Counted from the first letter of the stretch, positions 24,462-37,291 are shown. The stretch: 64,000 bases of DNA from Chrysomallon squamiferum (GCA_012295275.1 CM022679.1:3100001-3164000), one strand, 5' to 3'. Numbers and translations are program-made. Notes: generated by a model from the letters alone, not told the origin.

Positions 24462-27400
24462 GAAATATTAATTTTACCTGTACATGGCCCAGTGTAACAG
24501 TGAACAATCTCAGTGCCAGTTCCCCTACACTGCTTTCCTCCATTGACTGGTGAAGGGTCAGTGCAAGCCCGGTCTCTGAAATGTCGTCCTAGACCACAGG
24601 TCACTGTACAGTCTGACCACTGACCCCAGAATGACCAGCCACCATCCTCTGCAGTAAAATAATTAACTTTAATGACTATGATATAATTTATTTATGTAAT
24701 TTTGCATGTGTGAAATTTTTTTATGTTACTCTTGTTGATTTAGACTGGATTGCACATACCACAATGTTTAAAATATTTTTGAGACACTAGTTGGAATGTC
24801 ATATTCTGTTAGTGTAGGATGCTGTTTGCCTTGTTTTGGATATTTTATACTGTGATAGTGAAAAACATCCAAAACTACAGACACACGCCATGCCAGATGT
24901 ATTTTCCACCATCAAAAACAATTATGTCCAGTTTTTATTTTATTATAAAAATGAGTACTTTTAAAGAATTTATAAAAGATTTAAAAAATGATTGAATGTT
25001 ATTATTTAATGAATTATTATATTAACTGATTTTTGAAAAAAATACTTTACTGTTGATGAAAAACAACATTTCAGTACAAGGACAGTTATCAAAAAAATTT
25101 AAAAAAAGAAAAAAAGAAAAAAGGAAAACAAATATTCATCAAATTTGGGATTTTTTATCTCTGACATTTTCTGCACATTTTGCTTTATGCAAGGTGATAA
25201 CATTTCATACCACATACACTAATATATGTCTATCTCTCAGTTAATAATTATATTATATTACACATATTACATATCTAGTGTGTAAGTTTCATACTTGGAC
25301 ATGGTGCTAGGTAGCATATTTCTCCAGCGACATACGTCCCACTTTTTCTCGTCCGAGTTCCTTTTCCACACGTCTTGTCACATTTTGTCCACTGAGTCCA
25401 TGGAGGGGCAGAGAATGTCTGTCCTGAACAAAGAAGTCTAAAGGATTAAATGATACATGACCTCAGTCTGACCTTCAGAGGCTAAAAGGTCAGATATACA
25501 GACCACACACAGTCAATACAACACAAACACGTCCATTTGTAACTTTTATACTTACACACACAAACACACAAAATACAGATTCTCATTTAGAGACACAAAC
25601 ACATGGACACACACACATACACACACAGACAAAATACATGTTCACCTTTAGACACACAAAAACATAGAAACAAACACACACACACACACAAAGCAGACTC
25701 ACATTTAGATAAACACACATACAAAATATAGACTCACATTTAGACACAGACACACACAGAGAAGTTGTGAGGACGTCTAGTTACCTTTACACTTTCTTAG
25801 GTTACACTTCTGTCTTTCACTGTCGTCCCCCACGCAGGAGCCCCCGTGCTGGGGGAGAGGGTGGTCACACTGACGATAGCGCACTCTGTGACTCGGGCCA
25901 CACGTCTCCCCACAGTGGGACCAGTGCAGCCAGCGACTCCACCCACCAGTCTCTGCAGACACATTTAACAAACACACAGTTATAACTGTAGACACATTTA
26001 ACAAACACACAGTTATAAATGTAGACACATTTAACAAACAGTTATAACTAGACAGATTTAACACACACACAGTTATAACTGTAGACACAGTTAACAAACA
26101 CACAGGTATAACTGTAGACACATTTAACAAACACAGTTATAACTGTAGACATTTAACAAACACACAGTTATAACTGTAAACACATTTAACAAACACACAC
26201 AGGTATAACTGTAGACACATTTAACAAAAACACAGTTATAACTGTAGACACATTTAACACAGTTATAACTGTAGACATATTTAACAAACATACACAGTTA
26301 TAACTGTAGACACATTTAACAAACACAGTTATAACTGTAAACATATTTAATAAACACACAATTATAACTGTAGACACATTTAACAAACACACACAGTTAT
26401 AACTGTAGACACATTTAACAAACACACACAGTTATAACTGTAAACACAAATACCCCAAATTATAACTGTAAACACAAATACCCCAAATTATAACTGTAAA
26501 CACAAATACCCCAAATTATAACTGTAAACACAAAAACACAAATTTGTAACTGTAAATATAAATACACAAAATTGTAAACAGACATTTAAAATTGTAACTG
26601 TAAATACAAATACACAGAATTATAACTGTAAAAACAAATACCCCAAATTATAACTGTAAACACAAAAACACAAATTTGTAGCTGTAAATATAAATTCACA
26701 AAATTGTAAACACAGACATTTATAAATGTAACTGTAAATACAAATACATAAAATTATAACTGTAAATACAAAAACAAAATTATAACTAAACACAAACACA
26801 CAAAATTATAATTGTAAAAATAAATACATAAAATTATATCTATAAATACAAAATTATAACTAAACACAGATATACAAAATTATAACTGTAAGCACAAACA
26901 CCCAAAATTAAAACTGTAAAAACAAATACACATAATTGAAACTGTCAACACAAAGACAAATAATTGTAACTGCAAACACAAACTCATAAAATTATAATTT
27001 TAAACACAAGCACACTGTAATGGTAATTGCAGCAGCAACAGTGACGTTAATTTGCAACAGCGTTATTATTAATTTCTAAAAAAAAAAAAGGTTACCAGGA
27101 CAAGGTTCAAGGTCACAGAACTGGTCTTGTTTGACCTCTCCCTCGCAGACTTGAGTCAGGTTCAAGCAGTTTCTGATTCGAGATCGGTACCCTCCCCCAC
27201 AGGTCTGACTGCACACTGTCCAGTATGACCACTTAGTGAACTGTTTCTCCATGGACAAGTCCAGTGGCTCTTCAAATGGATCTCCTCTTGCAGGAGTCAC
27301 CTCCTAAATGTTCAACACACTTTGTCAAATTTATTTTCCTTATAAACAGTTTATAAATATCTCAGTTCATGATTTTAAAGGATAAATTTACATAAACCAC

Positions 27401-28485
27401 AACGATTTGTGATGAAAATATATACATTTTTATTTGTAAGTGGTAGGTAGGATTTTTTTACCTTGCACTCAGTCTTTGTAGAACATTTATGAGCTGTCTT
27501 TATTATAAATTATTATTAATTATTATTTTTCATGTAGTTCGGTTTACTAATAATCAGGATTTAATGTAGTAGTAGAAAGTTTCTTAGTGATCCTTCAGAT
27601 TTATTATCAGATTTACAGAGATCTTCATAGATTTATCAATGGCTTTAGCATCTTAATTCCTGCCTATGTATGTAAAATATATCTTTGCACTCATTTCTTC
27701 ATTGTAAAAATTATTTAATAACTTTACCCTTTGACCTACCTCAGTTTCTTCTTCATCTTCTTCTTTTGCTAACAGAAGAAACATAATAAAATATATTAAA
27801 TAATATACATTATTCTTGAAATGGAGTCTAATTATATATGTAATAGGATAAAAGAAAGTATGTTGTAAAAATTAAAACCTTTATCTCAAATATATTAATT
27901 TAGAAAAATTTATATTATTTATATATAATAATGTTATAAAACATTTTTTAATGAAAAAATAAAAATTAAAAAAAAAAAATATAAAATGTTTATTTATATT
28001 TTATTATTCCATTTTCGTGCCTCTCAAATAATGTACTGAGGACTTTAACATGCACTCTCTCTCATCTGTTGATATATACAGAAGAAAATTTCTTTAAAGT
28101 AATTTTGTTATACTAACAGTCAAGAACAATAACTTCACACTTTTTCCCTGTACAATTTCCTGTTCTAATGCTGACTCCAAGACAGTCAAGGCCACCGCTG
28201 GGGAGTGGGTTGATGCACATGCGTATCTGAGTTCTCCGCCCGATTCCACAGTTTGCAGTGCACGGAGCCCACTGTGACCACTTTGACCAGCCTCCATTTT
28301 CTGTACAAAAACAAACAAAGTAGTAGAAAAAACCCCAGAAAGAATGAATTAAAAAGATGATAAAACCCCACTCTAAAAAAAAAAAAACGAAGAATATAAT
28401 GGAATATAATTATCATAATGTATTATTAACAAAACACATATATAAAAAAAACAATTTATAAATTAATTAAATCACCGTCGGGCAG

Positions 28486-28521
<36 letters not shown>

Positions 28522-29039
28522 ACTGTATACTCAGTCTGATATGACTTTTTCACATTTCTGTGACAATTTTTATATGATGGACCTCTTTAACTTGTTTGAA
28601 CAATGAAGTTTATAAAATATATTTTTTGATTAGCATCATGTATTTAATCACGAGAAATGTAAAAATACTTGGACAGGGTCCTCTGTAGCAGGGTTTGATG
28701 ATGGCCAATTTTTCGACTTGTTTTCCCTTCTCATTCATACATTTTCCCTGTTTCAGACACATCTTTATTGACTGCTGTTGTCCATATGCTCCACATGAAA
28801 TGGAACAACGCGAAAAAGCTGACCACTCTGACATGTATTTGTGATTGTCTGAAAAATAAAATCATAAAATTGTTAATAATTTTAATAAATTAAATATGGC
28901 TTTCAGGTTAATTTTGTTTGCTTTTTATAATTATGACGTTTTATATAATAAAGATGGAGTATATTAGTTTCCTTATGTGATAGCATTTGTTTACAACAAT
29001 TTTACATTTGTTTAAAAAAAAAAAGCTATAAAAAATATA

Positions 29040-29094
<55 letters not shown>

Positions 29095-30054
29095 AAGGAC
29101 AGTTAAATATACTATATAATTAAAAAATTTTAAACATTATTTTAATTTTTTTTTTAAATATATTACTATCTGGCCAGACAATATTTGTTAATTTATTTTA
29201 TAAGTTACATTTCAGTTTATTGGTATTTAAATTGTACAATCAGTAGAAAATTCATTTATGATGTTAACAATTTGTATTTTATGTGCAAGAAATTTAAAAA
29301 CTCCTAAAACCCCAAACAACAATGAACCCACACCCTATATACCCAACAAACCTGGAAAGCCTAAAAGCAGTTTTCTAGTCTCATTAATATTTTACAGTAA
29401 AATCCCAGTTTCTATAAGTTATGTTTCTTACTACTAAAACATAAATTTTAAAATATATTTTTAGATAATAAAATTCAAAATAAATACAGACAAAAATAAC
29501 GACTGATTTAAATAATAATTACATAAATTATAGTTTTAATTTTATTTCAGTTAATTTTGAAATAACAATTTTCTGACTTATGACATTTTAATTTGATAAT
29601 ATTTTTCATAATGTTTCAGAAATTATTAATTTCATGTATAACACCAAACATTTCATATATAAAAGAGTACAATATTTGATTTTTATTTAACATTTTTTTA
29701 TAAACTACTTTCTATAAGTTTTATATTATGTGTCAAAACTGCTCTAAATATTTTGTTTCAAATGTTAATTACATTCTGGGCGGTCACAACTGATTCCAAA
29801 GCAGCTTTCTGACTCGTAGTATTTTCCGTCACAAACGACCCCCCCATGTGCTGGTTTCGGATCATCGCATCGTCGAGTTCGGTCACGTCTGCCATAGCCA
29901 CACTTTTTATTACACTCTGACCATGGCGTCCATTTACTCCACCCACCATCAACTGTTTTAAAATTGTTATACAGATTATGTGAGGAAAAATGGACATAAT
30001 AATAAAAATTAAATATATACAATGAAAAAAAAAAAATGAAAAAAAAAGAGATGA

Positions 30055-30095
<41 letters not shown>

Positions 30096-31786
30096 TAATT
30101 TAGTAGACAAATGAATAATAAATATAAAATAAACCAATAAATAAATAAATAAACCAATAAATTATAACTATAAAATAAGTAACTGAATAAGTAAAAAATA
30201 TAAAACAATTAAAAAAAATATATATTTTAAAATAAGTGAATAAAAAAAAAAAAGAATAAATAAATATAAAATAAATAAATAAATAAGAAAATAAATAAAT
30301 AAAAATAAATATTAACACCCCCCCCCACAAAATCATATGTCTATTAACTTGAAAACTGCAGCAATTTTAGGATTTGAAATCAATATTAAAGTCAAATTCA
30401 GATAAAAAAAAAAAAAAAAAAAAAAAAATCAATACAAGATTTATTTGTGTAACATGTGTTTTCAAAATGGAAGGTAAACTTACATCATACATGTGTTCAT
30501 TTGAAAAATGCAGCAATGTTAGAGTTTGAAATCAATATTAAAAATCTAATTCAGATTCAAATAATAATAATAATAATAATAAAAAATAAAAATTAAATTT
30601 CAAAATTTTAAAAATCTTACTGAACAGTTATTAAAATATCTAAATTTCTAAATTAATTTCTTAATGCATTTGAATTATATTTGAGAATGAAAGATCAGTA
30701 TCTGAATAATAAATGGAGATGGCCAAATATATAAAAGGTTTACATTGTGGAAGATGTTTACAAAATACCAAATTTCTTACATTTATATTTGTTGGGGATG
30801 TTACACACCAAGTATATTAAAAATCAAACTAAAGAATAGAGTTTATAATAAGACATTAAAAATCTATACATATAACACATCCAATATTTTCTTTAAATTT
30901 AAGGAACCATTGTACTAAATATATTATTTAAAATCTAACAAGACAATTAACTCCTTTAATTCATTTTTGAAAATGATTGTCGATGCTAATGGTAAGGGAG
31001 ATAAACATGATTGTCCATGCTAATGATAAGGGAGATAAACATGATTTTCCATGCTAATGATAAGGGAGATAAACATGATTTTCCATGCTAATAGTAAGGG
31101 AGATAATCATGAAATGAAGCGTTCATACTTGGGCAGGCTCGGTGATACTTGACACAAAGCAAACTGGACCAGTATCGATGCTGTAGAAAGAAAACTGTGT
31201 ATCATATCAAGTGTTCAGGTTAGTATATGTTGCATCCATGTATAATTAGTGTGTGCAAGCATTATGTGTGTGTGTGTGTGTGTGTGCATGAATATGTTTG
31301 AGTTTAAATGGTTATGTTTATCTATATTTTTCTCTCTCTCTATAAAACATTAAACTGGCTACAGTCTTAATCTAAAAGTTCTGAGTTCATTTTATTCATT
31401 TCAAGTAATATTACTTGGATTATTGAGAAGAAACACAATCTCTGAAGCTATTAATACTTTTTCTTTTCCCTACTGAAATAAATGTTATTATTATTATTGT
31501 TGTTATTGTGTTGTTTGTTATTATTTTTATTTTTATGATTATATAATCTTAATATTAACAGTAGAATTAAATGGATACCAGTCTCCTGCTGTCAAGGAAC
31601 TCACTAACTCTTTCAAAGTTGCAGTGATGTTTTATGCATTGTGTGTAAAGAACTGGTACTTTAGCATGGATGTTATTCAGGTACTCCTGTGATTCTTCAA
31701 GTCCATTGTTATGAGTGTCTGAAACCATCAAAAATTATATTAAAATATTTAAATGTAACTGTTTTTGTGTATATCAGTTATATATC

Positions 31787-31840
<54 letters not shown>

Positions 31841-31995
31841 TCTATACATATATACACACATTTCTGCAGTTCTTAAAATGTATAAAATTAGCTTTTGTCG
31901 AAGGAAGAGAAATAGCAAATGAAGTAAAAAAGTAAGTGAAATAAATAAATAAATAAATAATAAAAATATGTATAAATAAATAAAAAATATGAATA

Positions 31996-32035
<40 letters not shown>

Positions 32036-32766
32036 CAAAATAAAATAATAAATAAAACATAATTAAAAAAAAAAACCCCCAAAACCCCAAACAACAACAA
32101 CAAATAAATAAATAAACAAATTAACAAAAAAATACTTTTATTTCAGTGATAAAACAAAAGCCAAGGTCAGTGTGAACTTGCCTACTTTTCACTAAACTCG
32201 ACAAAATCCTTCACATTTTCACTTCATTGAAATAACACAAAATAACAAAGTGACAACTAATATTTTCAAATCAGCAGCTGTCTGTTATTTAAAATATTAT
32301 GAAGCAGTAGTCACAGAATTTATTGACAGTTTTATTTCTTGGATTACTCTCTCTGCTGTCACAAACACAGTGGTTGACAGATTTATTTCATTTTCATGAC
32401 ATGATTATTTTGAGCTGCTGCTTTAATTTTAATACAACTGATAATGTAACTCTGGTTTGCATCTATAGAAAAAAATTTGTCTAGAAATTGTGATATTAAT
32501 TATTTTATTTTTATATTAATGTTTAGTGCAAAGGTTACGGTGACTTGTCAGAAAAAAAGTCACAATTCAGGAAGTTCAGTATCTCTTGTTGCCGGAAAAA
32601 AATCAATCATCATTTAACATTTCGTGGTAATACTGAAGTTAAAATGCATTTACTTCTTCATATACATGAAAACACACTACTGAAAGCTCTATTAAAATAA
32701 ATATTTTTGATAGAAAAAATAAATATATATATATTGAATCGTATGTTTCTGTATGAAAGAGAAAGT

Positions 32767-32826
<60 letters not shown>

Positions 32827-34868
32827 AAGATAAAGAGATATATAGATAGAAAAATAAATCAGACTGCAAGAGTGTGAGTGAAAGGAAAAAAGAGAGACAG
32901 AAATAAAAAGAATGAGAGAAAGAAATAGAGACACAGAGACAGAGAGAGAATGTATGTGTGTTTGTGAGATGGAAAAAGAGAGATATTTTGTTGCACAATC
33001 ACTTTGCTTTTACCTTCACATTGTCCTATGCAGGTTCGTTTTGTCTGTTTAAGGCCACTGCATGATCTACCACCATATTTCGGTAACGGATTATTACACA
33101 GTCGAGTTCGGGTTTTATGTCCTTTTTCACCACATTCCGCATCACAAGATGTCCACTTTGACCACACGCTCCACCCACCATCAACTGAGAAAACAATTAT
33201 TATTTCATTACTTTTCATGTCATACATTTTATATAAAATGTTGTTACGATGAAATGGTAAGATAATGATTACGAAAACAGTTATAAATGTTTAATGTTAA
33301 AGTTTAACCATTCACATCAATGTAGCCTGAAGAGAGAGAGAGAGAGAGAAAGAGAGACACAAACATACATTAAAACAGTTAAGTAGTTGCATGATGTCCA
33401 CACAAAAGATGAATAAAACAAGAATTTTCTCAGAATCAGATACTTACTTGGGCATGTGCTGAGAGTTTTTTTGAAAACACATGCATAAATATTCCAAAAC
33501 CTGACCTGAAAAAAGTATTAAAAAAAAAAAAAAAAAGAAAAAAAGAATAAATTTCATTGGTCAGTTTTTCTTACTTTGCTATAATGTATGTGTGTGTGTG
33601 TGTGTGTGTGTGTTTATCTGTATACATATGCATGGTATGTACCGTATATACTTGTTTATAAGTCGAATTTTTGGGAGACTATATTAAGGTAATATTTTGG
33701 GGGTCAACTTATACATAGGTAATGCTTTTGTAGCTGTTGCTGAAGAGTCGCCATTTTGACTATTTTTTGCTACGGGATGCATCTAAAATAATCGCAGTCT
33801 TTCAGCGTTTCAAAAATATAATTTTATCGTATAAAAATTTTTGAAAAATTAAATAACAAAACCAAATATGAATGTAAAACATGATATTCTTCCGTTTAAT
33901 GACATAAAAATACATTTTAAAACAAGAAAACTGTCAGTACGGCATTATGCCTTATGGTGTCTTGCAATGATCTAGGAATGCAGACTTCTCTGCCAAATTG
34001 CACTAAATATCGGTCCTAATTTCATAAACAAAACTCACTTGTTTAATTGTAAAGAATTTGGTGAAATAATATTGCAATCGTCATTAATATCCACTACCGA
34101 CAAATTTTGTAAATCATAGAACGGCTAAATATAACGGTAAGTTAGGTCTCCATGTTAGACCTATTACATTAAAGAGATACTATTTATGATACATTTAGGC
34201 TATAGCTCGTGTAATACATGCATTTACGTTATTATGGTATGTTCGTGCAAGTTACAGCTCGTGCAAGTTATGTTACAGTAGGCGTACAATGTAGGCCTTC
34301 ATGCCACTGTCACACTGGTCTAAAAATAGTGACGGTGCCTGGAATCTACAGTCGACTTATACACAAGTAATACCTAAAATGACGCAATTTTTGGTCTTAA
34401 AATACACATCGACTTATACATAAGGTCGCCTTGTACACAAGTATATACGGTATGTATACACAAATATTTTATGTAAGTGCACTCTGTGTGTGTGTGTGTG
34501 TGTGTATGAATATGTGGTTTTGTGTAACAACCAGTTCTTCTTTGGTAATGCTGTCCCTGGTCCAGTGGAACAAAGAACTTTTGCCTCCTGAAAAAACTTG
34601 TGGGTGACAAAATTTCTTCTTCAGACAAACGTCTATAAATGATTTCCTGTCTTTTGGGGCCACGTACATCAGTGCTTGAAGCATGTGTCTCCACAGAGCC
34701 TTCGCATCTGAAATACATAACAATAACAATTACTGTTGTTAATTAAAATAATAATCTGACAACAATGATGATAATCATAATAATGTGCTTAACATAAATA
34801 ATGAGGATTATAATGTTAATGACAAGGATAATGATAATAAGGATGAAGATAATGTTGATGATGATGAT

Positions 34869-34899
<31 letters not shown>

Positions 34900-35029
34900 C
34901 AACAAGATGCTCACTTACCTTGAATACTGATAGTACTGTTGGTTCTTTCCACATTGAAAATCAGAATAAAACCAAACAAGAATGCAAGAGACCCCAGAAT
35001 CTGAAAGAGTTTTAGTTACGATAATGCAT

Positions 35030-35083
<54 letters not shown>

Positions 35084-35434
35084 TTCCATGTGATAAATTT
35101 TTTTTTTTTTCCAGTTTGTTTAAATTTGACACTTGATTTATTATTTGAGATATTTGGTCTTTTGATTACGATTATAATGAAAAATAGTCCTATACAGTTA
35201 ATTCAAAGATTAAAATGGAAAGCATAAAACATAGTTATTTTTGGAGTGTTAATTAATTATTTTAAAATAATAATTTATTTTGGAATCTTGGAAAACATTT
35301 GTTAAAGAGAAAACAACCTCCTGCTCCACGAATGAACACGTATTCAGAACAAGTTAGAATATTTTACTATTATCTAATAATCAGCGTACCCACCACAAGG
35401 AAACAGTTTGATCGTTTCTTACCGTTTTAGTCAT
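17802..35434 (-). CDS. Multidomain type I membrane adhesion/receptor-like protein (~1426 aa): SP, 2x(Gla-like + TSP1), 6x TSP1, 2x laminin G, Ig, TM, disordered tail
   Basis: 26 phase-consistent exons: 35434-35423, 35000-34919 (signal peptide [21 protein letters not shown]), 34707-34532, 33505-33448, 33184-33014, 31718-31579, 31180-31129, 29952-29773, 28848-28669, 28300-28118, 27768-27740, 27303-27096, 25952-25785, 25423-25295, 24648-24478, 24093-23831, 23390-23228, 22485-22363, 22080-21842, 21442-21142, 20690-20542, 20063-19922, 19685-19592 (TM), 19239-18836, 18523-18400, 18141-17802. Total 4281 nt with no internal stop. The exon 3 donor (CTG|GTTGTT) is weak. Confidence 0.88.
19592..20690 (-). 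other. Ig-like domain followed by a single transmembrane helix
   Basis: VYLKC...EWFKD...SDGFYGC (B-strand Cys, C-strand Trp, F-strand GxYxC); then [19 protein letters not shown] followed by a basic RIIIVRRK stop-transfer segment. Confidence 0.82.
20955..21185. repeat. 113-bp tandem duplication copying the 3' end and splice donor of the second LamG exon
   Basis: TAATTTACCTGAGATGGTGTAGCCCATGGAATTCATATATCCATCATTATCA occurs twice, with the donor CC at 21028 and 21141. Confidence 0.9.
21142..24093 (-). other. Two laminin G-like domains
   Basis: FSGNSWM...[10 protein letters not shown]...ITLSLEDG...VGHWHDLQV...GYIRVDD...MIIG...GFKGVISEL and FRGRFFA...DGLIFY...FLAIFVDHG...NQWFYL...LQVD...LFLG...[13 protein letters not shown] match the LamG strand pattern. 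Confidence 0.8.
21487..21815. repeat. Degenerate intronic micro/minisatellite (GTGTATATGATTATAT)n
   Basis: Directly visible; fills most of the intron between two LamG exons. Confidence 0.85.
25955..27010. repeat. Intronic minisatellite, ~31-35 bp unit (ACACAGTTATAACTGTAGACACATTTAACAAAC), degenerating into a related ~27 bp unit after ~26440
   Basis: About 14 near-perfect copies at 25955-26440, each with the 14-bp palindrome ACAGTTATAACTGT; then AAATTATAACTGTAAACACAAATACCCC variants. Confidence 0.9.
30973..31112. repeat. 34-bp minisatellite x4 (ATGCTAATGATAAGGGAGATAAACATGATTTTCC)
   Basis: Four visible tandem copies starting ~17 nt into the intron after the exon ending at 31129. Confidence 0.88.
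33642..34450. mobile_element. Non-autonomous Tc1/mariner-superfamily (pogo/Tc2-like) MITE, 809 bp
   Basis: Perfect 14-bp TIR CCGTATATACTTGT (imperfect out to ~25 bp); TA on both flanks (33640-41, 34451-52); internal copies of C(G/A)ACTTATAC; CpG-rich relative to the host intron; no transposase ORF. Confidence 0.8.
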
Positions 35435-35492
35435 TACATAGACCTACAAGGAATTAATTCAGCCCGGACACCAAAGAAAGCGAAACATGGTT

Positions 35493-35547
35493 ACTTCCGT
35501 TATGTTCCAAGTTGGTGGTGAAAGTATGTGACGTCAACATGACGTCA
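35493..35547 (-). promoter_or_regulatory. Putative proximal promoter of the TSP1/LamG/Ig receptor gene
   Basis: Two perfect CREs TGACGTCA (35529-35536, 35540-35547) and an ETS core CGGAAGT (minus strand, 35499-35493), 60-113 nt upstream of the ATG at 35434. Confidence 0.6.
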
Positions 35548-35630
35548 ATGTAGTCTTTCATTTTATTTTATAATTTGAATGTAACAGGTGCTCTGGAAGT
35601 TTCCCGGCATGGTTCGGCCGGTATTTAATC

Positions 35631-35808
35631 CACTGGTCGGCAACCAATTCTGTTTTCAATACTGAGCGAAAAAAAAAGAGATGTTAGGAAGCAACGCAGC
35701 CTTGGTCTGGAGGTTTAAAGGAAAAAACATGGTGTTCATTTGGTGGACCGGATTAAAATTCCTTCGAGGGTCGGACGTGGCCCGCGGACCAAGGGTTGCC
35801 GACCCCTC
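35631..35808. mobile_element. Short hAT/Charlie-like MITE remnant
   Basis: Inverted ends share GGTCGGCAACC; the right end TGGCCCGCGGACC..GGTTGCCGACCCCT resembles Charlie/MER58-type termini (from memory). No clean 8-bp TSD. Confidence 0.5.
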
Positions 35809-36211
35809 AAATTTTAACCAAATACACTAAGATGGATCTAACACATATGAATTGTCCTGATGTTTTTAGTTTCCAGGCGAATGAATATTTTATTTAACTT
35901 TCAGAGTCCAATGTAGACTGATAATTAATATAGAATGCTTTTAATATAAATTTTAAAACTTTAATTTAATTTTGTAATTTGTTTCGTTATACTTGGTAAA
36001 AAATATTTTAGAGACTTTCAACGTTTTCGTTTCCTTAGAGTTATTTCCCTTACACCATTCGTTGTTGTTGTTGTTATTATTATTATTATTATTATTATTC
36101 TGAATTCATCATAATTATGATACTGACAGTTTAAATTTGATGTAAATTCAATTCAAGAAGATTTTGTAAAATTTCTAGTGCTTGCTTTTGTTGTTTATTT
36201 ATTTTGATGGG

Positions 36212-36262
<51 letters not shown>

Positions 36263-36669
36263 CTTATTATTATTTTGTATGTTTATGATTATTTATTTAT
36301 TTATTGTTATTGTTGTTATTACTAATGCAATATTATACAAACAGAAACATTCTTAAGTTTTATGTAGTTCATTTCCTTTCATTCATCTTCCTGAACCCCT
36401 AGATTTGTCTGTTTTATTTATTTATGTTTTATGTTCTGTACCTTAGGTGAACAGTCCCCCAGAAACACATTTTCAAGTATGAGTTCCTGTATTAGCCACT
36501 CTGAGGTGGGGGTATCATCACTCACCAGGTGACTCACTGTTGCTGCATTTAAGGTACAGATAACTTTAAAAAAAAAATTAATAAATAAATAAAAATACAA
36601 TTATGGTGAGGAATTATTTAAAAATAAAATAAAATATAAAAAGATAACAAAATAATAATAATAGTAATT

Positions 36670-37291
36670 AATAATGTCTTCCTTTTAGTCTTCTTTCTTC
36701 CGTGTTAGGTATATTGTTGTATGCGTGATGCAGAAAAAGAAGAAGAAGAAAAAAGTAAATAATAATAATGATAAAAAAAAAATAATGAAAAATAAATAAT
36801 AAAAAAAAAATAAAAAAATAAAGAGATAAATTAGAAAAAAATAAAAAATAAAAAAAAATATTAAGAAAAATTATTATACAAAATAAATAAAAGAGAAGAA
36901 ATCAAAATTAAATAATAAAAATAAAAAATAAAATTTAAATTAATATTTAAAACTACTACTACTAAAAAATTGTTTTTTAAAATATTCAAAAAAATAAAAT
37001 AAAATAAAAAGAGGACTGTAAAAGATATGTGAAGATGATGTTTGTATGCAGGAAAATGGCAGTGGGATCTTCCATCTCTTGACTTTCTTTCTTCTGTGTA
37101 GGGTGTATTCATGTTGTATGTGGAAGAAGAAGAAGAAAAAGAAGAAGAAGAAGAAGAAAATTATTAAAACATTAAAAACATAAATTAGAAAAATAAAAGT
37201 AAAAATATAAAAAATAAAAGAAATTAGAAAAAAATAAAAATTAAAATTAAATAAATAAATAAATAACTAAATAAGATAAAATACAAATTTA

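Larger units (their letters stand above)
24478..33184 (-). other. Eight thrombospondin type-1 (TSP1/TSR) repeats, one per exon
   Basis: DGGWSxWxxWxxCxxxCG...RxRxC...C motifs in exons starting at 33184, 29952, 28848, 28300, 27303, 25952, 25423 and 24648; WxxW C-mannosylation consensus; CTVTCG in repeat 8. Confidence 0.93.
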
